A DNA stretch of 47,343 nt from a virus (IMGVR_UViG_3300011443_000399:1-47343), one strand, 5' to 3'. Shown: positions 36,317-46,189, counted from the first letter of the stretch. Numbers and translations are program-made. Notes: generated from the letters alone by a model not told the origin.

Positions 36317-39300
36317 CCGCAAAGTAAGACTGATCATCGAGGTTGACGATAAGGACGTCAAAGCGACCGAGGCGTCGCTGAGCCGTCTCGGCGTCGCGAC
36401 CAAACGGGTCGGCGACAGCGGCAGTGCGGACATGGACCGGTTCACCGGTTCGATGACCAAGGCACACATCGCCGGCAACCTGATCTCGGGCATGATCTCG
36501 CGTCTGCCCGAGATCGCGCTGCGCGGTTCAAAGGCGGTATTCGATCTCGCTGTCAATTTCGGCGAGTACGGATTGCGAATCGAGAAAGCACGTCAGCTGA
36601 CGGGCATGAAGGTCGAGATGCTCTCGGCCCTCGAGTCGCAGACGCATCGCACGGGCACGCAGTTCGACCAGCTCGGCGAGGGCATCAAGCTCTTTACAAA
36701 ACTGATCGGCGACGCAAACAACGGATCGGACAGTGCCGTCGCCAAAATGAAACGCCTCGGCCTCGAGCCGGTCAAGGCCGCCCAGGATCTCGAGGTCGCT
36801 TTTCGCGAGGTCCTCAAACGCATCGTCGCTCTACCGACCGAGGTTGAGCAGGCCAACGCCGCGATGGACGCGTTCGGAGAGCAGGGCTTTAAGCTGCTGC
36901 CATTCTTCAAATCGTTCAATGGCGACGTCGACGAGCTGATCAAGAAGGCACGCGAGATGGGTGTCGTCATGGGCGAGGACGACGTGCGGGCCGCGATGGA
37001 ATTTGACAACGCCCTCAAGGACGTCCAGGACCGGGCACGCGCAGTCGGGATCACGTTCGGCAAGGAACTCGCCGATCCGATCAAGCAGTCGCTCGACGAC
37101 ATCAACGGCTGGCTGCAGAATAATAAAAATTCCGTCGCAAGCTGGGCAAAATGGGTGGCCGACAAAGTCGCCGAGATGTCGCTCGCGGTCCAGAAGGAAC
37201 TGAACGATATCGCAGCGATCGGGGACATTATCGACGGCATCTTCGCCGGCGAGAACGGGCAGCAGATCAGCGAACGGTTGAAAAGGCGAACGCTCGAATC
37301 GAACAGGATCTCGATCGCACAGTCGCGCATCGGCAAGATCAACGCCAGCCCGTTCAGCGGCGGCGAGACACCCGATTACACGCCACATCCCGAGTGGTTC
37401 CAGGGGCCGTATTTCACCGGCGACAAACCAGCCAAGGCAAAGAAAGCAGCAGGCGGCGGCAGCGACGAGATGCGTCGGTTCTTTGAGGAGCAGGGTTTTG
37501 TTGTCTCGCGAACGGTCGGCGGTGCGCTAAACAAAGGATCCCTGCATCCGATGGGACGCGCGGCCGACGTCAGCATTCGCGGTAAATCGATCGCCGAGAT
37601 CACGAACCTCGTCGCCAACGCGATCGAGCATGGTTATCGCCTGTTCGATGAGCGCGTAAAGCGTCCGGGCGTTTTCCAGAGCGGTCCGCACCTGCACTTC
37701 GAAAGGAACCAGAACAAGGCGAGCGGCTTCCTCGGCCAGGGCATGTACTCGGTGCCGCTCGACTATCTCCGCAGCCTGGATAAAAAACGTCTCGGCAAAG
37801 GCACGATATCGACCGATGAGGTCGGACAGTTTCTCGATAAGCAGTCTGAGATGCTGACCGAGGCCGAGCGGACGGAACATCTGCGTCGGATCATCAAGGT
37901 CTACAAAATGACCGGCGTGATCCCGAGCGGCAAGATGCTCGACGACATCCACAAGCTCATGGTCGACGACGTGAAACAGACCGGCGTCAGCACGTTCGGA
38001 ATGACGCCTGGCACGACGGCCGCGGGATTTGGCCGCGGCGTGCTCGACACGACGACCGGCCTCGCGGGCGGCGGCATCCAGTCGCGGGCCCTGCAGCTGA
38101 GCGTGCAGGACCAGTACATCAAGAACCTGCGGATCTCGCTCGGCCTCGAGACCGAGACGACCGACGAGCTTTCCCGCGGTGCGATGCTGCTGGGACGCAA
38201 GGCGGTCAAGGAAAAAGAGATCGAGGCTTTGCTCGAGGACCAGCGTGTCACGCGCGGTGAGATCACGCACGATCTCGAGATCCAGCTCGAGCTGCTGCAG
38301 CGTGGCAACATCGAGGAGGAAGCAAACACACGCGCACTCGAGGACAAGGTATTTATCTCGCGTGAGATCCGCGACCTGCAGATCGAGCTGATGAATCTCG
38401 GCCGCAACGACCAGCTCGTCCGCGAAGCCGACAACCTGCGTGACATCCTCGAGGTCGAGCGTGCCCGGCTGGACTTGTCGCGGGCGATGGAGATCTCGAA
38501 CAACAAGATCCGGGCCGGCATCTACGAGCACATGAACGCTCAAAAGACGCTGAACGAGGGCATTATTGACGGCATAAATGGGACTTACGACGCGATCCTC
38601 CGGCGCATGAATGAACCGCTCGACAAGCTCAACGACAAATCAAAAGGGCTGCTGTCGTTCATCACCGAACCTCTCAAAGCGATGCAGGCACAGGGCCTGA
38701 ACAACATTTTCACCGGCATTGTCGACAAGCTTTTCCCGGGCATGGGCTCGCAGATGGAAAAGGCAAAGAATCCCGTCGTCGGCGAACTGAAGGATCACAC
38801 CCGATTGCTCGAGCAGATAGCGCGTAACACTGGCGGGTTGCCGGCCGGCTACAGCGGCGGTACTGGCGGCGGCATCGGCGGCACGATCGGCAACATTCTG
38901 GGTAGCTTTGGTATCGGCGGTTTTGGCGGTGGACGCACGGGCGTGGGAGGCACTCCTCCGTTTTTCCCGGGTAACAATTTCGGCGGTGCTGCTGCAGGCG
39001 GCGGCGATATGTCGGGCACGATCAGCGGCAGCGTCTCGGGCGGACGGTGGGGCGGCCTGTTTGATCCGCAGAAAAATCCGTTCACGGGCAAGATGAATTC
39101 GGAGCTCGCCGGCACGATGGGCGGCATCGGTTCGATCGCCTCGATGGCGGGCGGCATGATCGGCGGCAAATGGGGAAACATGGTTTCGCTCGCCGGAACG
39201 GGAATGTCGATGGGCGCCATGTTCGGCCCGTGGGGAGCTGCGATCGGTGCGGCCGCAGGTGCCGGGATCGGCCTGTTCATGGCTCTTCGCGGCGATGGTG

Positions 39301-39884
39301 CGGAGAAAAAGCTCAAGGAAGCTGCGTCGTCGCAATTTGGGATCAACGTCAAGGACAAGAGCGTGCTGGGCGCACTAAAAAACCTCGGCGAGGGAATGTT
39401 TGGCAAGGGCAAAGTGGGCGCTAACGCGATCGCCGTCGTCCGCAGCGAAGAGGGCATGAACATCCTCAAAGCATACGCCGAGGGCTCGGGCCAATCGTCG
39501 CTCAAGATCGACCGCCTGAATTACGGCGATCCCAACTGGGAGGGCAACAATTTTCGCTCGGGCGGTGCCGGCATCGGCCTCGGATCGGGTTTCGGTGGTG
39601 GTGCCGGCATCTCGTCGTCGTCGGTCAACGGCACGATCATGCCGGCACGGCCGTCTGTCTCGACGTCGAGCGGTATCGATCGAACACTCGTCGCAAGCCT
39701 GGCCGAATCGGTGTACCAACTCGCCGACGAGGTCCGCTCATTCAAGACAATGCCGGCAGGGGCACTCGTTAAGGCCGGGCTCGACGAGAATCCCGCAGCC
39801 GCGGCCGACGCGGTCGAGCGAGAGTATGGCAACGACGGCCGGCGTGCCGAAAAACAATTTCGCAACCTGGGACAAATGGTCTAA
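36309..39884 (+). CDS. Tape measure protein with embedded M15-like peptidase domain
   Basis: 1191 aa, helical, Gly-rich C-terminus; SLHPMGRAAD...PHLHFE. Confidence 0.88.
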   Translation: MADRKVRLIIEVDDKDVKATEASLSRLGVATKRVGDSGSADMDRFTGSMTKAHIAGNLISGMISRLPEIALRGSKAVFDLAVNFGEYGLRIEKARQLTGMKVEMLSALESQTHRTGTQFDQLGEGIKLFTKLIGDANNGSDSAVAKMKRLGLEPVKAAQDLEVAFREVLKRIVALPTEVEQANAAMDAFGEQGFKLLPFFKSFNGDVDELIKKAREMGVVMGEDDVRAAMEFDNALKDVQDRARAVGITFGKELADPIKQSLDDINGWLQNNKNSVASWAKWVADKVAEMSLAVQKELNDIAAIGDIIDGIFAGENGQQISERLKRRTLESNRISIAQSRIGKINASPFSGGETPDYTPHPEWFQGPYFTGDKPAKAKKAAGGGSDEMRRFFEEQGFVVSRTVGGALNKGSLHPMGRAADVSIRGKSIAEITNLVANAIEHGYRLFDERVKRPGVFQSGPHLHFERNQNKASGFLGQGMYSVPLDYLRSLDKKRLGKGTISTDEVGQFLDKQSEMLTEAERTEHLRRIIKVYKMTGVIPSGKMLDDIHKLMVDDVKQTGVSTFGMTPGTTAAGFGRGVLDTTTGLAGGGIQSRALQLSVQDQYIKNLRISLGLETETTDELSRGAMLLGRKAVKEKEIEALLEDQRVTRGEITHDLEIQLELLQRGNIEEEANTRALEDKVFISREIRDLQIELMNLGRNDQLVREADNLRDILEVERARLDLSRAMEISNNKIRAGIYEHMNAQKTLNEGIIDGINGTYDAILRRMNEPLDKLNDKSKGLLSFITEPLKAMQAQGLNNIFTGIVDKLFPGMGSQMEKAKNPVVGELKDHTRLLEQIARNTGGLPAGYSGGTGGGIGGTIGNILGSFGIGGFGGGRTGVGGTPPFFPGNNFGGAAAGGGDMSGTISGSVSGGRWGGLFDPQKNPFTGKMNSELAGTMGGIGSIASMAGGMIGGKWGNMVSLAGTGMSMGAMFGPWGAAIGAAAGAGIGLFMALRGDGAEKKLKEAASSQFGINVKDKSVLGALKNLGEGMFGKGKVGANAIAVVRSEEGMNILKAYAEGSGQSSLKIDRLNYGDPNWEGNNFRSGGAGIGLGSGFGGGAGISSSSVNGTIMPARPSVSTSSGIDRTLVASLAESVYQLADEVRSFKTMPAGALVKAGLDENPAAAADAVEREYGNDGRRAEKQFRNLGQMV

Positions 39885-39886
39885 AT

Positions 39887-40924
39887 ATGCCTGAAACAGT
39901 CGAGGGATATCATTTTCTACAGCTCTGCGGCCGCGAGGCCGAGGAGGGACTCGAGTTTGCCGAGTACGAGACCGATATCGGACCTGACGGCTTCGGTGTC
40001 GAGGTGCTTTATGGTGCGGACACGGGCCGTCGCCACTGGGTGATCAAGTACCCGTCGCTCGCCGGCTCGAGCGGCCAGGTCTCGGTCACCTATCGCGGTG
40101 TGACGATGACGCCGGCAGCTTATCTGTACGCGTTATTTTCCGATCGCAAGGTCGACGGCCAGCCGATCGTGATCAGCAGCCCCGTGAATGATCAGTATTA
40201 CCTCGCAAAATTTGTCGGCCCCAGGATCACGTATGCACGGTTCCTCACAAAGCTTTTCTCTACGGGAATCGAGTTCAAACAGGTCCGCATTCCCGGCGTC
40301 TCGGTGTTTGACGTGTCGCTGATGAGCGGGGTTTTTGGCTGGTACATTGCTGCCGTAGAGGTGCCGGGACCGTTTGGGTTGGCGTGGGCGAGCGAGATCC
40401 CTGGCGACGACAATACATTTCAGTTGACCGAAGCTCCGCCCGTCTTTACAGCTGACGTTCAAAACGGTCTCGGTGTCATGCGATTCACAGCGGAGGACGA
40501 GACCTCGTTCATCACGGGCCCGAGCGAAACGATCTACGAGGCTCTGCTGGTCATGCAGCTTCCTCATGACACGTTTCCCGATTTCATGGGTGTGTTGTCG
40601 TCCGATCTGACCTCGGCCGCGATCGTCAGCAGCAACTCCGGCACGACGTTTTTTAACCAGGCATTCTCCGATTACGAATACCGCAAGAACGGCATCCTGT
40701 ACGCAGCGGCCAGCCAACAGGCACCGATGAACGATTTTGGCCTCGTGCACTGTCGATGGGAGGACGGTATCGCCCTCACCGCGATGCAACTCGGCAAGGA
40801 CCGCGATTACACCGACCGCTACGCCGATATGGACCTCGGCGAGATGATCCTCTTTAACGCGCCAAAACCACACTACGAGATGCGCGAACTTGCCGAGCAT
40901 CTGCAGACAAAATGGGCGATCTAA
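39887..40924 (+). CDS. Distal tail protein with lectin/LamG-like C-domain (putative)
   Basis: Follows tape measure; DLGEMILFN...HLQTKWAI C-terminus. Confidence 0.6.
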   Translation: MPETVEGYHFLQLCGREAEEGLEFAEYETDIGPDGFGVEVLYGADTGRRHWVIKYPSLAGSSGQVSVTYRGVTMTPAAYLYALFSDRKVDGQPIVISSPVNDQYYLAKFVGPRITYARFLTKLFSTGIEFKQVRIPGVSVFDVSLMSGVFGWYIAAVEVPGPFGLAWASEIPGDDNTFQLTEAPPVFTADVQNGLGVMRFTAEDETSFITGPSETIYEALLVMQLPHDTFPDFMGVLSSDLTSAAIVSSNSGTTFFNQAFSDYEYRKNGILYAAASQQAPMNDFGLVHCRWEDGIALTAMQLGKDRDYTDRYADMDLGEMILFNAPKPHYEMRELAEHLQTKWAI

Positions 40925-40927
40925 CCT

Positions 40928-43162
40928 ATGCCTTTTGACCAGACAAAATGGGAAGCTCTCATCGCCATCCTGCAAAAGCAGGGTGCAGCCGGCGAGGGCA
41001 AACCGTTCCGGGCCGAGTACATCAAGGCGGTGTGGGGCAACGGAAGCGAAACGCGCTATTACGGCTCGTCCGCTTACTCCGAGGTCTCGCCGTTTCGCGA
41101 TGTCAAAAACTACACGGACGACGAGTCGATCGAGGCCCGCATCATGGGCGATCCGTTCCGTAAATTCGAGATCAACGGCGACATCCGCACCGAGAATATC
41201 GAGATCACGCTCGACGATCATGACGGCGAGATCGCGGCGTTGTTCGAGGAGCACGGTGCCGCCAAGGTCGACCTTTATCTCTACTGGCCGCAGGTCGATC
41301 TGAATTACGACGCCTGGTGGGGCCAGCTGCTGCCGCCGCAGATCACCGGCCGCTTTCAGCAGATCTGCGTGATGACGAACGGCTATCGTACGCGCGAGCT
41401 GTTCCTGCCGAGCGGTCCGATCATGCCTGAGGAGTGCCCGGCCGTATTCAGCGGCAAAATGTCATCAACGGATAAGGTGGCGACCAATCTCTGCGGCCCA
41501 TACGACCTGCATCTTGGCGGCAGCGTCGGCGAGCTCGATCCGGGCACGTCCCAGCCGTTTATCGACTGTGACAAAAGCCCTACAGGCTGCGACGAACGCT
41601 ACGGACACACCCGATTTTACGCCGGCGTCAATCTCAAGATCACTCCGACGTGGATCGACAACCCTGGCAATCTCGCCCATTCAAAAGGTAATGCCGGTAT
41701 CAGGAACAAGTCCGCGGCGTGGCACTTCGGCACAAAGAACTTTCGCGGCAGCGACCTCATTCTGATGCGACGCGAGCCGAGCCAGGGGCAACCGGACCAG
41801 GGTTTTGTCGACACTGTCTGGCGCGTGGGCAAAGGCCCGGTGCAAGCGATCTCGAACATCAAGGTCCTGGACAAGGTCATCGGGGCCCAGCACATCAACA
41901 TTCGCTTCGGCGACCGCGGCCAACCGGCGACCTTCTACTCGTTGACGAATATGTCGAACCTCTCGGGCGTCGCCCACGTCCGTGCCCGTGTGGGCCCGAT
42001 CAATCCGTTCTCGGTCACGCTGCAGTCGCTGTCGATGGAGTGCTCGATCTCGGGCGACCGCGAGATCGCCGTCTGGACGGACGACGAGACGTTTACGCGT
42101 CGCTGGTCCGACGATCGCGTTTGGTGCCTGGCCGAGATGTACACGAATCAAACGGCCGGTCTTAAATACGAGCCCGGCAGGTTCTGGATCGACGACGCTA
42201 TCGCTGCGTCAGACTGGGGCCGCAAGACGGTGACGCATACCTTCACGTTCCCCGATGGCGAGGAGCACACGTTCCTGCACCGGCGAACGACATTTGACGC
42301 GTCGCTCGTCGAACGGCCGGCGATCGACCAGATCGTAGACGTTTGCCGCTCGGGCCGGATCAGCATTCCTTTTCAATACGACGGCAAATACTCGATAGTG
42401 CCGTTCCGCGTCTGGACCGATGAGGAGCTCGACGACGCACGGGTCTTTACCGACTTTGGCCCGAACAAGAACATCGTGTGGCAGGGGCCGCAGCCGGTTA
42501 TCTTTGAAAGGACGCGTCCCGATGTCCTGACCAACGAGATCGCGTTCACGTTCGAGGAGATCGGCAATTACGACATCCCGCGGACGATCTACGTCAACGA
42601 TCCCGTGGCCCAGGCCGCCGCCAGCAAGGTGGCCGGTGATGAAGCTCTCGCGATCGTCAAAAAGCAGTACTCGGGCCTCGGCATCCGCAACGTCAACGAA
42701 GCGGTCTCGCGCGCACGCTGGACCCTCTTCTTTGGCGAGTACGACGCGAAAACAGGCGGCGGGACAAAGAACAACTGCCTCGCCAAGGTCATCGTCCCGC
42801 TCGAATGGATGATCGGCATGAAAAAGTACGAGCCTTTCAAGCTCGAGCTCGAGTCGCAGGAGATACCGGAGGGTTTCGAGTGGTTCATCATGCTCGAGGC
42901 TCAGCGCATCGACGGCCTCAATGTGATGATCACCGGTCTCGCTTACAACAAGGACGAAATGGAGGATTTCGAAGAGGAAGCCGAAGATCCGCCGCCGACC
43001 GGCCTGTGCTCGATCGACGCCGACTGCCCCACGGGCTATGTGTGCCGCAGCGGGGTCTGCGTTCGCGTCGATCCCCCGCCGTACTGCCCGCTCGATCCGG
43101 GCACGCCGACCTATAACACGAGCACAAAAATGATCGAGCTCGAGATTCCCGAATGTCCTTAG
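40928..43162 (+). CDS. Tail hub/tip protein with Cys-rich C-terminal module
   Basis: CDKSPTGC...FYAG; WCLAEMYTN...GL; position. Confidence 0.7.
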   Translation: MPFDQTKWEALIAILQKQGAAGEGKPFRAEYIKAVWGNGSETRYYGSSAYSEVSPFRDVKNYTDDESIEARIMGDPFRKFEINGDIRTENIEITLDDHDGEIAALFEEHGAAKVDLYLYWPQVDLNYDAWWGQLLPPQITGRFQQICVMTNGYRTRELFLPSGPIMPEECPAVFSGKMSSTDKVATNLCGPYDLHLGGSVGELDPGTSQPFIDCDKSPTGCDERYGHTRFYAGVNLKITPTWIDNPGNLAHSKGNAGIRNKSAAWHFGTKNFRGSDLILMRREPSQGQPDQGFVDTVWRVGKGPVQAISNIKVLDKVIGAQHINIRFGDRGQPATFYSLTNMSNLSGVAHVRARVGPINPFSVTLQSLSMECSISGDREIAVWTDDETFTRRWSDDRVWCLAEMYTNQTAGLKYEPGRFWIDDAIAASDWGRKTVTHTFTFPDGEEHTFLHRRTTFDASLVERPAIDQIVDVCRSGRISIPFQYDGKYSIVPFRVWTDEELDDARVFTDFGPNKNIVWQGPQPVIFERTRPDVLTNEIAFTFEEIGNYDIPRTIYVNDPVAQAAASKVAGDEALAIVKKQYSGLGIRNVNEAVSRARWTLFFGEYDAKTGGGTKNNCLAKVIVPLEWMIGMKKYEPFKLELESQEIPEGFEWFIMLEAQRIDGLNVMITGLAYNKDEMEDFEEEAEDPPPTGLCSIDADCPTGYVCRSGVCVRVDPPPYCPLDPGTPTYNTSTKMIELEIPECP

Positions 43163-43165
43163 TAT

Positions 43166-45274
43166 ATGGCAGCCGCATTCTTTAACGGTTTTGACGCGAT
43201 CCGCATCGACGCGGACGGCGTCCGTGTGCCGCTTAATAATGAAACCTTCAACATGGACGAGGTCGGCGGCAGCAGCCTGGGCACGATCGTTAGTGACGAC
43301 TACGGCTCCATACCTGACACCGAGGTCGCTTCATCTGACGGCATCGAGCTCGAATTCTCGCACGACACGTATCCCGAGGTGTTTCGACGCCTGCTCACCG
43401 CAACTGCAGAGGAGGCCCCGCTGCTCCGCGAGAACGCAAAGACGGCCTATATCGCAGAGAACCTCGCCGGTGAAACGCAATCCGTCGTAGCCGAGACCTG
43501 GCTCCGCGACGATGACAACCCGGACACACCCGATGTTCTGCTGGGCTATGCACGGCAGGGCGAAACCACCACATTTCCCTACGAAACGACCGGTCCGACA
43601 AAAAATCTGACGATCTTTCTGCAGCCGATCAGCGAGACAGGCGAGAAAGCACACCTCCGGTACGAGGATGGCCTTTCGGCTCCCGTTGTGATCGACTCTT
43701 CCGCGACTGATGCTGCCGATCAGGCAGCGAATACCGTCTTTGCCGGTCCGACCATGGGCTCGGCGGCAGCTCCGACATTCCGCGCACTCGTCGCCGCCGA
43801 CATCCCGTCGCTCTCGGGCACGTACCAGCCGCTCGACGCGACGTTGACGGCACTGTCAGCTCAGAATTGGGCGGCGAATGCTTTTCCGATCGGCACCGGT
43901 GCGGACACGCTCTCGCAGGTCTCGTTCGCTGCCAATACCTTTCCCGCACGGGCATCAACGGGCAACCTGGTGGCAAAGGCGATCTCGGACAATGCTCTGT
44001 CGTTTGTCGCCGCGGCCAATTATGCCGCGATGCGGGCGGCCCTCGTTCCGATGACAGTGGGCGATGCCGTCTCGGGCGGCGGGATCAATCGCGTGCTGTA
44101 TGAGAACGGATCGCAGAACCTCGCGGCTGATGCGGATTTTACTTTTGACGGATCCAACAACCGCCTGACCGTCGGCTCGTTGATCGTTCAAACGCCAAAC
44201 TCGACCTCGTTCTTTCTCGCCTCGGCTCCGCATGGAAGTTATACAGGGACGTTCAATGTGTTTGTCGGCGACAGCGCCGGGGCGGGAAATACAGCTTTCC
44301 ACTCGAATACCTACGTAGGGAGCGGTGCAGGCTCGGGTACGTCCGTCGACGCCTATTTCAATACGTTTATAGGCCGGGATGCGGGCAAGGTGTGCGAGGG
44401 CCGAAGCAACACCTTTATCGGTTATAACACGGGTGTTGTGAACACGTCGGGAGCCAATAACGTCTTTGTGGGTCAGGGAGCCGGAGCAGCGAATGTCTCT
44501 GGATTAAATAGTACGTTTGTCGGGTATGAAGCCGGAACCGCGAATACAGCAAACAATGCTGCAGCGTTTGGGTATCGGGCCGGTTTTGGTAATACCTCAG
44601 GAACCGATAACTCGTTCTTTGGCGTCCTTGCGGGTTATCAGAATGTTGGCGGGATCTCCAACACATTTATCGGCCAGCGGGCGGGCATGGCCAACGTCTC
44701 AGGCAATCATTGCGTGTTCGTCGGCGACAATGCCGGAAACAGCTCGACCGGCGACTATAACGTAATGGTCGGACGCACCGCGGGCAGCAACGTCACGAGC
44801 GGCACGAATAACTGCATGATCGGCTATAACGTGCAGGCCGATTCGGCCACGGCCAATAGTCAGACGAACATCAACGACACATTTATCGCAACCGCGACCG
44901 TCGCCAGGGTGATGAGACCGGCCTTTGAGGTCCGCTACGACGGATCGAACAAGGTGAGCATCTCGGTCAGCTCGGCCGGACTCGTCGATTACGACGCGGT
45001 CGGAGCTTCGGCTAAGCACCGCTTTAACGATGACATTGAACTGCTCGAGGGCAAAAACATGCTCATTGCGGACGGGTCCGGCAGTCAGTTCGGCGACGGC
45101 GATGCTGTCATGGGCTGGTTCGGTGCCTCGCCGACCGCTCAACCCACTACCGGCGTCGCGGCCGCATCCTTTACCGCAAACTCGGGCACCGCCGTCAACG
45201 ACGCCTCGACATTCGACGGCTACACGCTCAAGCAAGTCGTAAAAGCATTACGACTTCTAGGATTTTTACAATAG
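43166..45274 (+). CDS. Tail fibre/receptor-binding protein with NxFxG repeats
   Basis: About 14-aa repeats (NTFIG, NVFVG, NSFFG) at roughly 44250-44830; C-terminal VVKALRLLGFL. Confidence 0.8.
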   Translation: MAAAFFNGFDAIRIDADGVRVPLNNETFNMDEVGGSSLGTIVSDDYGSIPDTEVASSDGIELEFSHDTYPEVFRRLLTATAEEAPLLRENAKTAYIAENLAGETQSVVAETWLRDDDNPDTPDVLLGYARQGETTTFPYETTGPTKNLTIFLQPISETGEKAHLRYEDGLSAPVVIDSSATDAADQAANTVFAGPTMGSAAAPTFRALVAADIPSLSGTYQPLDATLTALSAQNWAANAFPIGTGADTLSQVSFAANTFPARASTGNLVAKAISDNALSFVAAANYAAMRAALVPMTVGDAVSGGGINRVLYENGSQNLAADADFTFDGSNNRLTVGSLIVQTPNSTSFFLASAPHGSYTGTFNVFVGDSAGAGNTAFHSNTYVGSGAGSGTSVDAYFNTFIGRDAGKVCEGRSNTFIGYNTGVVNTSGANNVFVGQGAGAANVSGLNSTFVGYEAGTANTANNAAAFGYRAGFGNTSGTDNSFFGVLAGYQNVGGISNTFIGQRAGMANVSGNHCVFVGDNAGNSSTGDYNVMVGRTAGSNVTSGTNNCMIGYNVQADSATANSQTNINDTFIATATVARVMRPAFEVRYDGSNKVSISVSSAGLVDYDAVGASAKHRFNDDIELLEGKNMLIADGSGSQFGDGDAVMGWFGASPTAQPTTGVAAASFTANSGTAVNDASTFDGYTLKQVVKALRLLGFLQ

Positions 45275-45285
45275 GAGATAAAAAT

Positions 45286-45648
45286 ATGGCAAATGAACAA
45301 CCTCAAATGATCGTGGACAAATACACCGCTCGCAAGGCAGCCGGCAAGGTGAAGATCATCCGTGAGAACGAACAGATCCTCGTCGAGCAGCCGGTATTTG
45401 ATTTCGCGGGCGATAAGATCGGTATGAACCGTTTTCAGACGAACAAGTCCCACCTCGTCGATCTCAAATTCCAGCTGCAGCAGCAGCTCAACAGCATCGA
45501 CCTCGAGACGCATCGCTTCCTCGCTCAGCAAGAGGTCAAGAAAGACGCCCTGGAAGCCGGTCTCGCCGAGTACGACGCCATGATCGCCGACGTCGAAGCC
45601 CTGACGCCACTCGCCTCTGCGGCCAAATCCAAAGGCTCGAAGGAGTAA
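45286..45648 (+). CDS. Coiled-coil protein, possible fibre chaperone
   Basis: AGGAG RBS; follows the fibre gene. Confidence 0.55.
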   Translation: MANEQPQMIVDKYTARKAAGKVKIIRENEQILVEQPVFDFAGDKIGMNRFQTNKSHLVDLKFQLQQQLNSIDLETHRFLAQQEVKKDALEAGLAEYDAMIADVEALTPLASAAKSKGSKE

Positions 45649-45652
45649 CGCC

Positions 45653-46027
45653 ATGAACATACTCGACAAACAGATCAAGGCAGCGATCGCCGGCATGACG
45701 TACCCGAGCGAGGGCGATCCGCAGCCGCTCGAGTACCTGCGTTGGAACACGCAAGCCGTGGCCATCGACGAGCCCACGGTCCGCCAGTGGAGCGGCGAGG
45801 GCGACAAGCCGCCACTCTCGATCGGTAACTACCAGGCGTTCATGGAACCGCGCATGACCACCGGCGACCAGCAGTCCGAGTACCAGGCGTTAAATGAGAT
45901 CATGACCGCCAACCTCGTCGGCCTCACCGTTTTCAAATTCGACGAGATCCAGGTCACGATCTACGTCATCGGCATCGACGCGCTGGGCAACATCGTAGGC
46001 TGGCAAACCACCGCCATCCAGACGTAG
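45653..46027 (+). CDS. Nuclease A inhibitor (NuiA)-like protein
   Basis: GMTYPSEGD...YQALNEIMTANL...VFKFDEIQVTIYVIG...GNIVGWQTTAIQT, matching the NuiA pattern with terminal Thr. Confidence 0.75.
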   Translation: MNILDKQIKAAIAGMTYPSEGDPQPLEYLRWNTQAVAIDEPTVRQWSGEGDKPPLSIGNYQAFMEPRMTTGDQQSEYQALNEIMTANLVGLTVFKFDEIQVTIYVIGIDALGNIVGWQTTAIQT

Positions 46028-46042
46028 ATCACCGTGCTACAC

Positions 46043-46114
46043 TGTTGACACAGTCAACACAAAATTCACGGCCATTATCGTATTTGGATTCGCCTATTAT
46101 CGCATTTGCCCGCA
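46043..46114 (-). repeat. Right end: palindrome plus two transposase-binding repeats
   Basis: TGTTGACACAGTCAACA (46043-46059), TTATCGTATTT (46075-46085), TTATCGCATTT (46097-46107), GCCCGCA. Confidence 0.85.
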
Positions 46115-46189
46115 AAACGCTGGACCACATGCCGAACCTCTTTGTTTGCGAAACAAATCATTTCAACGATTGCACAGAATAGATTGTCC

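Larger units (their letters stand above)
442..46114. mobile_element. Complete transposable (Mu-like) siphovirus prophage
   Basis: TG at 442 and CA at 46113-46114, symmetric terminal repeats, DDE transposase plus AAA ATPase, repressor, lysis, head and non-contractile tail modules; no tyrosine or serine integrase seen. Confidence 0.92.

Noticed and set aside
43166-46027. Invertible tail-fibre segment or diversity-generating retroelement
   Set aside because: No invertase, reverse transcriptase or TR/VR pair seen; the repeats are protein-level.
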